DNA from: Geopsychrobacteraceae bacterium
GTDB taxonomy: Bacteria > Desulfobacterota > Desulfuromonadia > Desulfuromonadales > Geopsychrobacteraceae
Assembly: GCA_963662315.1 (NCBI GenBank)
Contig: OY759353.1
Span: forward strand, 4,544,001 to 4,608,000
Reading direction: 5' to 3'
Length of the DNA stretch: 64,000 bases
Shown here: positions 1-8,447 of the stretch, in pieces
Numbering within the stretch: position 1 is the stretch's first letter
How the letters are laid out: the number at the start of each line of letters is the position of its first letter
The notes under the pieces: generated by a model
The model's input: only the letters and a program-made list of their open reading frames with translations
What the model was told of the DNA's origin: nothing
Databases searched by the model: none
Translations under genes and position numbers: made by a program

Positions 1-398
1 ATCCAGACCAATATGAAGTTTAGCGGCCCCTTTCTCTTTGCAGTACTTTGCCCAGGGAAACAGGGACAGCGTCAGGTCGATCATTGATGCATCAAAGGCT
101 GAAACAAGGCCTCGTACATCTGATGAGGCTGTATTTCATTCGCTCTGGCCAAGGTTGCCCGGCTGAATGGCCTGACACCAAGGTGGTAGAGCTTGGCGCC
201 TTGAGCCGCGATATTATCGGTAATATCCCGTAGACTGTTGCGGCCGGTCAGTTGGGCTGTCAACAAAGCTACAAATTGAGACCAGCGAGAAAATGAGCGG
301 AATTTCTGGCCGATGTGATGCTTGTTCGCCAGAGCCTGAAATTCATGTCTCGGGAAAATACGTACAATTTGCGAAAGAACAGTACTACAATGCGCAAT
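1..398 (-). pseudogene. IS4 transposase pseudogene (internal deletion with frameshift; probable ATG>ATT start)
   Basis: RBS AAGGAG precedes ATT-GCG-CAT. The frame stops at 81-83 while homology continues in another frame. Confidence 0.75.
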
Positions 399-469
399 GG
401 CTTGTAACTCCTTGTTTTTAATGTGATTTTGGCGAATTTGTTGTAACACGAGTGGGCTCCATGCCATTG
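1..469 (-). mobile_element. IS4-family (DUF4372-type) insertion sequence remnant, running off the window start
   Basis: ORF 81-467 has the IS4/DUF4372-like N-terminus (HCSTVLSQI..RHEF..LA..H..GQKFRSFSRWSQF..QLTGRNSLRDI). A second frame from about 96 to 1 continues FDASMIDLTLSLFPWAKYCKEKGAAKLHIGLD, the first DDE Asp region. The putative element end CAATGGC lies at about 463-469. Confidence 0.8.
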
Positions 470-591
470 TTTTTATTGATCAAACTATGAGACAGCAGTG
501 AGTCACTATCTTGATGTGCTTCAGGTGAAAGCCGGTACTGAGCTGATTGATCTCTGCCGGTAGTATCCTTCTCGATCTGTTGTTGAGAAAG

Positions 592-626
592 AAAAGACCC
601 GATTGAGTGCATCAATCGGGTCTTTT
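592..626. terminator. Intrinsic terminator, possibly bidirectional, downstream of the 657-1697 gene
   Basis: AAAAGACCCGATTGA-gtgca-TCAATCGGGTCTTTT perfect inverted repeat. Confidence 0.85.
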
Positions 627-656
627 GGTTAATAACTGGTCGCAATGAATCTCAAG

Positions 657-1697
657 TTATTCCCAGTTTTGAGATCTTGTCTTCCAAACCTCAGCCTCTT
701 CAGCGTCAACCTTCGGACTCCAGAGAGGATACCAGCCCTCCCATTTGTCGATCTGGGCTACGCCATTGTCAAAGAAGTACGCCTGTGCCTGATCGTTTCC
801 ATTCAGGGTAAAATCGAGCCAGTTGACATAGAGGCGTTCCGCTTCAGTCAGCAGGGTTGTATCTCCGTTACCTTCATTGATGCCATAGAGCAGACCGGAA
901 TGGCCGGCATGAATATGTTCTGCGTAGTAAACCGGAACCCCTTCAAACGGATAGTTTGTATCGTTACCCGCAGCAATTTCGTAGTTGGCATTAGTGTTTG
1001 AGTAAGCGACATCAGATTCTCCGCCGCTAATGAAAATAACCGAAGAGTGAAGGTCGAGCAGGTCCGCACGCTCACCGCCAAGGGTGACACCTGAATCATC
1101 CGGGAAGAAACCAGTGTTCCAGGCCAGAATGGTTTTGGTCCGCTCGTCCTTACCTGCCATCAGGGCTTCGTTGCCACCACAGGATTGTCCAGCGACAGCA
1201 ATTTTACTGATGTCGGCACGTCCTTTGAGTTGTAACAGGCCTTCCGCAGACTCAAGCCAATCCATGGCATCGATCTGTTTCTGTGGATCTGCGCTTCCGC
1301 CACTGATAGCAGGGTAGTCGTAAGCACCATTGGCAATAACGATAAACCCGTGGGAAGCGACCATGGTTGAGATAAAAACAAAGCCATAATTACTTGGACG
1401 GCACGCGCCATTGGCCCAGACGACAACAGGAATAGAGCCTTCTTTAAATTTACTCAAGTCCGCAGGGCGATATACTGTGTGTTCAGGTAAACCGTTTGCT
1501 GCTTCGCGAACCGTGGCAAAGGATTGAACGATAGCGGCGGACTCAGGATCGTAGTCCGGTGTTGAGTCAGATTCTTCTTGAAAATAGTAGTTGCTGTTGG
1601 TTGTCAATTCATTGGTTTCCTTGTCATCGCCGCAAGACCAAATCAACAGACACATGGGAATCATGAGCAGTGATAACCAAAACTTACTTTTTTTCAT
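657..1697 (-). CDS. Lipoprotein alpha/beta hydrolase (chlorophyllase/cutinase-like esterase)
   Basis: Lipobox LIWSC; PVVVWANGAC; nucleophile elbow GQSCGG; candidate Asp (GGESD) and His (HAGH); RBS GGAGG. Confidence 0.8.
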   Translation of the reverse strand: MKKSKFWLSLLMIPMCLLIWSCGDDKETNELTTNSNYYFQEESDSTPDYDPESAAIVQSFATVREAANGLPEHTVYRPADLSKFKEGSIPVVVWANGACRPSNYGFVFISTMVASHGFIVIANGAYDYPAISGGSADPQKQIDAMDWLESAEGLLQLKGRADISKIAVAGQSCGGNEALMAGKDERTKTILAWNTGFFPDDSGVTLGGERADLLDLHSSVIFISGGESDVAYSNTNANYEIAAGNDTNYPFEGVPVYYAEHIHAGHSGLLYGINEGNGDTTLLTEAERLYVNWLDFTLNGNDQAQAYFFDNGVAQIDKWEGWYPLWSPKVDAEEAEVWKTRSQNWE

Positions 1698-1927
1698 ATC
1701 TTACCTCCGTAATGTGAATAAGACGCCAAATGGCTGGAATGTTACAGTCTTTGGCCAGAACTGAACGAAATATATCGCGAGTCGTATCCCCTCCCTGAAC
1801 AAAACATCGGAAAATCAAACTTGCCAGCAAGGCTGCTCAGGGTGATTGTTCGCTTTTCTCAAAGCATGTCTTCAGGTAGGACAATATGTTGCTCTGTGGT
1901 ACATATCTTATGGAAGTTTCAAAAATC

Positions 1928-1967
1928 AGTCTTTCAGAAATTGATGATATCTTTCAAAAACTGATGA
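1928..1967 (-). promoter_or_regulatory. Direct repeat, candidate AraC operator upstream of the 657-1697 gene
   Basis: TCTTTCAGAAATTGATGA (1930-1947) and TCTTTCAAAAACTGATGA (1950-1967), 20-bp period; same core recurs at 6024-6057. Confidence 0.5.
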
Positions 1968-2010
1968 CTATTGTTTCTGGAAGGATAATTGTTGATATGA
2001 AATAGTGACT

Positions 2011-2197
2011 TAGCTAGTTTCCATCCGGAAACGGCCCTTTTCCGCTGTGGCGGTGTCAATCTGCGGGTTTTCTTGTGCGGCGTAAAGTACTACGCCTCCG
2101 CACAAACCCTTGATTTCCTTGCCACAATGAGAAATTACTCGTTTCCAATCTGAAAACTTAGCGTTGCCCTTCGGAGTTTTCGGATGGCAACTAGCTA
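2011..2197. mobile_element. MITE-like non-autonomous element with terminal inverted repeats
   Basis: TAGCTAGTTTCCATCCGGAAAC ... GTTTTCGGATGGCAACTAGCTA (20/22 inverted match), CTAG at both ends, nested internal hairpin, no ORF. Confidence 0.75.
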
Positions 2198-2221
2198 TTG
2201 GACCGGCAGCTAAATATAAAT

Positions 2222-2258
2222 AGCACGCCCCGAAAAGGGTAACCCTCCGGGGCGTGCT
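2222..2258 (-). terminator. Intrinsic terminator after the esterase remnant
   Basis: AGCACGCCCCG...CGGGGCGTGCT stem followed by a T-rich tract on the minus strand. Confidence 0.7.
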
Positions 2259-2269
2259 TAAAGATTCAA

Positions 2270-2416
2270 TTAAGCTGGTCCGTTAGCTGCAGGTGGGTAG
2301 AATTGACATGTATCATGCGGATTTTTAAACCCAGATGAACTGCAATAACGGGTGATAGTGTCGGATGCATCCGTTTCGATACTGAAATGTTTCAGATAGT
2401 CCCGCAGTATCGGCAT
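2270..2416 (-). pseudogene. C-terminal remnant (48 aa) of a paralog of the 3716-5836 esterase
   Basis: MPILRDYLKHFSIETDASDTITRYCSSSGF aligns with QVLAWDYLKHYSFERDGIGNVTARYYSTSGF at the end of the 706-aa protein. Confidence 0.75.
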
Positions 2417-2502
2417 TTGAACTGAGGTTTTTAAGTAAGAGAATTCTAAACCTCAAGAAATGAGGTCTTTTTTTCTTCCTTAAAAATGGCAAGTTGCCTT
2501 TT

Positions 2503-3387
2503 CTATAATTTTTTCCAACGGGCCGGGGGTAATTTCATGTAACGCTTGAATACATAGGTCAGGTGGGCCTGGCTTGAGAATCCGGTCTCTATGGCAATAT
2601 CCATGATTGATCGCTCCGGCTCGGTGCGCAGTAGATGCGCTGCTTTGTCGATTCGTTTTTTCAGTACGTATTGATGTGGAGAAATGCAAAAGGTCGCGCG
2701 GAATAACGAAGAAAAATGACTTGGGCTGAGACCCAGTAGAACAGCCATTGTTTCAATGCTTAATTCGGTGTCTAGGGAAGAATCGATGAATTCCTTCAGA
2801 CGCAGTTGATGGCGTGTCGATAACTTTTGTCCTGTTTTTTCCGCTTTTTTGCTGTGGCTATAGTGGTTGTTCAACCAGCCGATGATTGATAGAGACAATC
2901 CTTCGGCATAAAGAGAGCCATTAGGCATTCCTGATTTTATCTCACCAGCTAAGTTCAGAATCGTGTTTCTAAGGGTTGAGTCTTTGTGGCCATAGCCAGT
3001 GGTCAGATCAAAGTTACCGCTTTGGTCTGGTAAATACCGCTGAATTACTGAAGGCGGAAGCTTTAGGCTCATGCAGGTGCCTGCTTGTCCTTTGCGATAA
3101 GAGGCGTCTCGTTCGTAAGTTGAGCCCAGAACATTGAAAGTGGGAGGGCCATTGGTAACTTCAATGGTTTTTTTACCGCTACGAATCCAACATTGTCCAC
3201 CACCACTTAACCCCACGGAGAGCATTGGAACTCCGGTATATTGGGGCCCGCTTTGTGTTATCTCCGGAATGAAAGATTCTTCGATATGGATACCCTTCCA
3301 GTCTGCGGGTAAGTTAAGCAATAATCGTCCGTCAGCCCCTCGAGCTTGTGGACAATGGCTTCCATATCGAGATCTCTCATTGCTCAT
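2503..3387 (-). CDS. AraC family transcriptional regulator
   Basis: C-terminal double HTH (LSPSHFSSLFR...IAIETGFSSQAHLTYVFKR). Start placed at ATG 3387 by alignment with the paralog; the ORF track extends to 3471. Confidence 0.9.
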   Translation of the reverse strand: MSNERSRYGSHCPQARGADGRLLLNLPADWKGIHIEESFIPEITQSGPQYTGVPMLSVGLSGGGQCWIRSGKKTIEVTNGPPTFNVLGSTYERDASYRKGQAGTCMSLKLPPSVIQRYLPDQSGNFDLTTGYGHKDSTLRNTILNLAGEIKSGMPNGSLYAEGLSLSIIGWLNNHYSHSKKAEKTGQKLSTRHQLRLKEFIDSSLDTELSIETMAVLLGLSPSHFSSLFRATFCISPHQYVLKKRIDKAAHLLRTEPERSIMDIAIETGFSSQAHLTYVFKRYMKLPPARWKKL

Positions 3388-3669
3388 TAAGCTACCATCT
3401 TTCTGATAAGGTCCTAATGGATAGGTAGTGCTTCTTGTTGAGAGCATAGCGGCGGATCGTTCTTGTGTCAATTTAAAACATTGTTTACTTTGTGGTTTTG
3501 TTTTTAAGTCTTTGTTAATTCAATGGTAAATAAGTGAATGATAAGAAATTAATCACTTGGTGTGAGGGAGTATCTCTTTTGCGATGAGCCTAGACGTATC
3601 TGTTGTATGTATTTCTAGGTAGGATAATTGTATTTTGCTGTTTGTTCGGTACGACCTTTTTATGATGGC

Positions 3670-3706
3670 AACGGCAGTCGGATTGTTTTAAGTTCCGACT
3701 GCCGTT
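3670..3706. terminator. Hairpin, probable terminator of the 3716-5836 gene
   Basis: AACGGCAGTCGGA / TCCGACTGCCGTT 13-bp stem; U-tract on the minus strand is weak. Confidence 0.6.
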
Positions 3707-3715
3707 TATTTCAGG

Positions 3716-5836
3716 CTACTTGCTGCGTAAAATTTCTACAGAATCATCTGTTGTAAAGCCAGAGGTACTGTAATAACGTGCGGTTACGTTACCAATTCCG
3801 TCGCGTTCAAAACTATAATGTTTCAGGTAGTCCCAAGCCAGAACCTGTTCTTCTGGAATACAGTTATGTTCGCGAACCAAGGTGTAGGTATATTGGACTA
3901 GTGGGATATCTTGGGAATTGCTCCACCCATAGGTATCGAAACGACCACTGGTGTCCGAATAGTCAAAACTATCGATATCGGTGCTGAGGCCATTGGCATC
4001 AAAAACACTTTGCGCCCAGTCCTGAAGTGGCGTTGAAGCCCACAAGTCAGGCATTTCAAAGGGGAGATCACTTTCACCGTGTTGCAAGTAGATGGGGATC
4101 ATCTCCCCGGACTCCTCAATCACCTCTCCACTAAGGCTCATGGAGGGGAAAGAGGTACTGGCGACAGCGGAAAACAGATCTGTGTTGCTTAAGGCTAGGC
4201 CTTGAACAGTCTTTGATCCAAGGGAATGGCCGGCCCCATAGATGCGTGTTTGGTCGAGAACAATATTGTAATGTTCTGCTGTGGTTGCCATGATATCAGC
4301 AAGGACGTAATCAAAATTGGCATTGGTTTCCATAGTGAAGTCATAGGTTGTGCTGGTTCCCGTTGAGCCATTATATTTTTCACCGACAATGGCGATAATG
4401 CAGCCTTCATCATCCGCGACCTGCCACCACATGGCGCAGTCCATGAAAACACTAGCCGTTTGGGTCATGCCCGGATGGACGATCACAACAGGTGCTCCCT
4501 GACTACCCCAGATGTCTTTGGCACTGTTTGGAACATAGATCAGATAATCACGAGGATCGAGAACTCCGTCGCTATTGTAGTCTTCAAAGGCAAAGATACC
4601 GGTAATGACAGTCCCTGAATCCGGATCGTTGAAAGCTTTTACTGCCGTTGCTTGCTGGGCATAGATTTGATAGCCAATGGTTGTTCCATCTACTTTGGCG
4701 ACGAGTTTTGTTTCCTTAACTCCTGTCGCGGCTTCTTTTTGTGCATTGACCATCATTTCTGCATAGTCAAGCCGGTATTCCAGATTGTTACTATAAGCAA
4801 AAGTATTGGTGTAGCGGATGTAAATTGACAGGAAATCATAAATTGCCGTGGCTTTCATTCCTGAGCTTTGGCTAACCTTGACCTGGGCTATACCGTAGGT
4901 GGCATCGGCATTATCCTTCAGAATGCAACTGTTGGCATATTGGGTCTGCCATGCTTGTGAGTTGATATCCTGGAAATAAGTATCACCATCCGGGTCGGCA
5001 AGGACATCGTTGGCTTTTTTCCAGTACTCAATGCTGTAGTCCGAGTTTTCGTAACCGACAAACATGGTTGGCACCGGAACATCTGCACGGGTGATGAAGT
5101 CGCCACTGTAACCAAGGGACTGCAATGTTGCAATGAAGTCTGCATCATCTGGACCTGCATTGTAACCACCAGTATTTTTCCCGTTATATTCTTGGGCTCC
5201 TACAGTGTCGAGATAGTTCTGACCTGCACCTGGTCCACCTATGTAGGCCTGACTGATAACAAAAATCGGGTATTCCGCAGCCCATGCTTCCAACGGTGCA
5301 CAGCCTCCTTCATAACCGACCAGGTAAAAGGTACTGTAGGTTGAAATAACGGATATTGAATTATCGTTCTTGGTGCTGGTCAAAAATGACATGGCGGCAG
5401 TCACATAATCGTATTCAGCCGCAGTGCTACCCCAACCGTCAGCTCCTGGTTCCAGAGCAAGGATCGCTTCCCCCTTTTTATCTGCTAGTTGAATCCAGCC
5501 TTGTTCGTATAGGAATGTATAGGTTTCAACCCCATCAGGAACGGCAACAACAATCCATTTAGAGCGAAGAGGAGCCTCTTCTGAAATATATACTTTCAAG
5601 CTACGCTCAGTACCAACAGCCTTACTGAAATAGCCGGTCAATGGCATTTGTGTTGCCTGGCTGTAAACCGGGGTCAGTGCTTCTGTGTAGGCATTGAAAT
5701 CAGTTGCATCCGGTACGATAATCTCTTCGTCGCTGTTTTTGCTGTCGGAACCGCAACCACTGATGACAAGAGTTATTGTTATCAGTGTGACGAGCCATAA
5801 ATACAAAACATTCGATTTTGAACGTACGTACATCAT
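3716..5836 (-). CDS. Lipoprotein with tandem alpha/beta-hydrolase domains (PHB-depolymerase/LpqC-like esterase)
   Basis: Lipobox VISGC; C-terminal domain YLIYVP..PVVIVHPG..WWQVADDEG..RIYGAGHSLG; degenerate N-terminal copy (WIQLADKKG..LVGYEGG); RBS GGAGG. Confidence 0.75.
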   Translation of the reverse strand: MMYVRSKSNVLYLWLVTLITITLVISGCGSDSKNSDEEIIVPDATDFNAYTEALTPVYSQATQMPLTGYFSKAVGTERSLKVYISEEAPLRSKWIVVAVPDGVETYTFLYEQGWIQLADKKGEAILALEPGADGWGSTAAEYDYVTAAMSFLTSTKNDNSISVISTYSTFYLVGYEGGCAPLEAWAAEYPIFVISQAYIGGPGAGQNYLDTVGAQEYNGKNTGGYNAGPDDADFIATLQSLGYSGDFITRADVPVPTMFVGYENSDYSIEYWKKANDVLADPDGDTYFQDINSQAWQTQYANSCILKDNADATYGIAQVKVSQSSGMKATAIYDFLSIYIRYTNTFAYSNNLEYRLDYAEMMVNAQKEAATGVKETKLVAKVDGTTIGYQIYAQQATAVKAFNDPDSGTVITGIFAFEDYNSDGVLDPRDYLIYVPNSAKDIWGSQGAPVVIVHPGMTQTASVFMDCAMWWQVADDEGCIIAIVGEKYNGSTGTSTTYDFTMETNANFDYVLADIMATTAEHYNIVLDQTRIYGAGHSLGSKTVQGLALSNTDLFSAVASTSFPSMSLSGEVIEESGEMIPIYLQHGESDLPFEMPDLWASTPLQDWAQSVFDANGLSTDIDSFDYSDTSGRFDTYGWSNSQDIPLVQYTYTLVREHNCIPEEQVLAWDYLKHYSFERDGIGNVTARYYSTSGFTTDDSVEILRSK

Positions 5837-6023
5837 TATCCTCCTGGGAAATTAAAAATAGGCATCCGATATGTCTCATTGTGCATAAACGTTGATTTTT
5901 TCCAGAGGCTCCTTTCTTTCGTTAATAGGGAGGTAGAATTAATTTTTATAAATATTAATATCCTGTTTAGTGATATGGAGGTTTTCTTGTTGGAATTATA
6001 TTGTAGTAGGTTGGAAGGGCTGA

Positions 6024-6057
6024 AGTCTTTCAGATTTCTAAGATGTTTTTTCAAAAA
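6024..6057 (-). promoter_or_regulatory. Candidate AraC operator upstream of the 706-aa esterase
   Basis: AGTCTTTCAGA identical to 1928-1938, with a second TTTCAAAAA half-site 21 bp downstream. Confidence 0.45.
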
Positions 6058-6192
6058 AACACGATTTGTAGAGCTTTATATGGGGTGCATTTCTGGGGTA
6101 CCAGTAAAGTCGTCAGGTTTGCAAGCAGAACTGTCGATTTAGGAGCTCAAGCGTACCGACCTGCACCGCAGAACGCGACAGACAGAGGGAAT

Positions 6193-7080
6193 TTATTTGC
6201 TACTTTTCCAGCGGGCAGGTGTTTGTTGCAGGTAACGTTTGAATGTATAGGTCAAGTGGGCCTGGCTGGAGAAACCTGTAGCCATTGCCACTTCCGATAT
6301 AGATAGCTCTGGCTTGGCTCTTAAAAGTTCCGCAGCTTTTTCAGTGCGTTTTTTCAGAACGTATTGATGTGGCGTCAGGCTAAACGTTCTGCGAAACAGA
6401 ACGGCAAAATGACCTGGGCTGATGCCAACCTCGTGGGCCATTTTTTCAACAGTAAGTTCAGATCCCAGTGACGTTGTGATGAAATCAGTAATCTGGTTTT
6501 TGTGGCGGTTTGACAGCCTGTGTTCCTTGTGGGGCAGGCTTCTTTTGATGGCATAATGTTGATGCAGCCAGCCAAGAATTGACATAGAGACACCTTCAGC
6601 AAATAGCAGCCCGTTGGGCTGATTATTCTTGAGTTCGCTGGCAAGTATCAGCACCATCTCTCTGAGAGGCTTGTCGATAAGGGCAAAGCGGGTTTCTAGA
6701 TCAAATGTTAACGCCTGATCAGGCAGGTAGCGCTGAATCGTTTCCGGATGAAGTTGCAGGCGCAGACTGGCTCCTTCAACCCCTTTCCACTTGCCAAAAT
6801 CCCTTTCAAAGGTTTGGCCATAGATATCGAAGCCGGGAGCGCCGTTGTCAAATACGCGGGTCGTTACACCACTTCGGTACCAGCGCTTTACTTCACCGCT
6901 GAGGCAAAATGACAGTATTGGCACCCCTGCATACTGAGGACCACATTCAGCGTCGCCAGGAACAATGGTTTCTTCAATCTGTAGACCTTGCCAGTTAGGT
7001 GGAAGGCTTAAAGTGGGGCGACCGTCATAGCCAAGAATCTGTGGGCAATGACTTCCGAGGCGAGCTTTTTCAAATGACAT
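6193..7080 (-). CDS. AraC family transcriptional regulator (paralog of 2503-3387)
   Basis: AraC HTH (VAMATGFSSQAHLTYTFKR); shared N-terminal GSHCPQ; ATG 7080 has a GGGAGA RBS. Confidence 0.9.
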   Translation of the reverse strand: MSFEKARLGSHCPQILGYDGRPTLSLPPNWQGLQIEETIVPGDAECGPQYAGVPILSFCLSGEVKRWYRSGVTTRVFDNGAPGFDIYGQTFERDFGKWKGVEGASLRLQLHPETIQRYLPDQALTFDLETRFALIDKPLREMVLILASELKNNQPNGLLFAEGVSMSILGWLHQHYAIKRSLPHKEHRLSNRHKNQITDFITTSLGSELTVEKMAHEVGISPGHFAVLFRRTFSLTPHQYVLKKRTEKAAELLRAKPELSISEVAMATGFSSQAHLTYTFKRYLQQTPARWKSSK

Positions 7081-7192
7081 AAACAATCTCCCCAAGATGT
7101 CCTACTGTGAGAAACGTAGTCTTTTTTGAAAGGATGCCAGGCTGCCGTGGAGTTGTCAAATTCAATAATGATTAGCTCAAAATAATAGCAGT

Positions 7193-7222
7193 CCTCCTCG
7201 TAGAAAGAAATCCACGAGGAGG
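7193..7222 (-). terminator. Hairpin downstream of the SDR gene
   Basis: CCTCCTCGT...ACGAGGAGG inverted repeat. Confidence 0.5.
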
Positions 7223-7228
7223 GGTACT

Positions 7229-8017
7229 TTAAAGCGCTTTGACCAGGCCACCATCAACGACAATGGACTGGCCGGTAATATAGGTGTTGGCAGCAGAACA
7301 GAGAAATGCGGCTAGCTTGCCGTATTCGGCGGGTTCTCCATAGCGGCCCAGTGGAATGGTTTTGAAGGTGTTCTGCTGGAGTTCATCTACTGAGATTCCT
7401 GCTTTGTCGGCGCGGATGGCATCGAGCTGATCGATTCTGGCTGTGCCGATACGCCCCGGAGCGATGACATTGACCAGAATTCCGTCCTTACCAAGTTCCT
7501 GGGACAGACTCTTGGCCAGGCCAACAACCCCGGCGCGGAAGGTATTGGACAGAATCAGGTTGTCGAGAACTGCTTTGATGGAGGATGAGGTTGAACAGAG
7601 AATGCGCCCACCGCCGCCAGCACGCATATGAGGAAGAACCTCGCGAACCGCACGAACATAGGAAAGCAGCGTCAGTTCATAAGCTTTTTGCCATGCTTCA
7701 TCATCGAAGCTGTCAAAGGTTCCTGCAGGAGGGCCACCGCTGTTATTGATCAGGGCGAATACCCCTCCGAAGCTGGTGACTGTAGTCGCAACCAAGTGTT
7801 TGATATCTTGGGCACAGGTCAAATCACCGACACAATATTCAGGTTTGTTTCCCGTTGCGGCCTTAATTTCTGCTTGCGTTTCTTTCAGTCTTTCTTCAGA
7901 CGAACTGAACAGCATGACGCGGGCTTTTTCACGCGCTAGTTCGCAGGCAACCGCTTTCCCCAGCCCTGAGCTTGATGCCATGACAATGACGTTTTTATTA
8001 TTTAAGCCAAGATCCAT
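7229..8017 (-). CDS. SDR family oxidoreductase
   Basis: ASSSGLG Rossmann motif, NNSGGPP, SNTFR active-site variant, [12 protein letters not shown]. Confidence 0.9.
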   Translation of the reverse strand: MDLGLNNKNVIVMASSSGLGKAVACELAREKARVMLFSSSEERLKETQAEIKAATGNKPEYCVGDLTCAQDIKHLVATTVTSFGGVFALINNSGGPPAGTFDSFDDEAWQKAYELTLLSYVRAVREVLPHMRAGGGGRILCSTSSSIKAVLDNLILSNTFRAGVVGLAKSLSQELGKDGILVNVIAPGRIGTARIDQLDAIRADKAGISVDELQQNTFKTIPLGRYGEPAEYGKLAAFLCSAANTYITGQSIVVDGGLVKAL

Positions 8018-8447
8018 AGATAATTCTCCTTTGCTTTTATTGGTAAGTACCCAGCGTTTTTAAATTGGGCATGGCGCTGTGTGGGACAGTTTTGACAACA
8101 GCTGCCAGCTATGTTCATGATGAGAATTCTAGACAATATCTTCAGACTTGCCAAGCTGCCGAAGCGAGAACACGGAGAACTGTTATGGAAAGGGATGGTG
8201 GGGCCACTGTCTCCCATGGACTGTATTTATGAGCAAGGCAGAGACGCTGGTCTCCGACATAGGAGAATTTCGCCAGCTTAAAAGGGTGGCCAGGGTGCAG
8301 GGCTATCCCGCTGATGCTGACCGTCAGCGTTGGCGCAACGTGAGAGGTATTATGTTCAATGACCGCATGATCATAGATCGTTGAAAGTGATGATTATTTA
8401 ATGGGGAGGGAGTGGTGTGGCAGATCGTTCTGATCAGTCAGAGAAGG

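Noticed and set aside
498..590. Short protein-like + strand segment next to the IS end
   Set aside because: Interrupted by a stop, too short, and not assignable by eye
8150..8400. GCCACTG-containing intergenic stretch resembling a cobalamin riboswitch
   Set aside because: The other conserved B12-element motifs are not found in order, and no downstream gene lies on that strand
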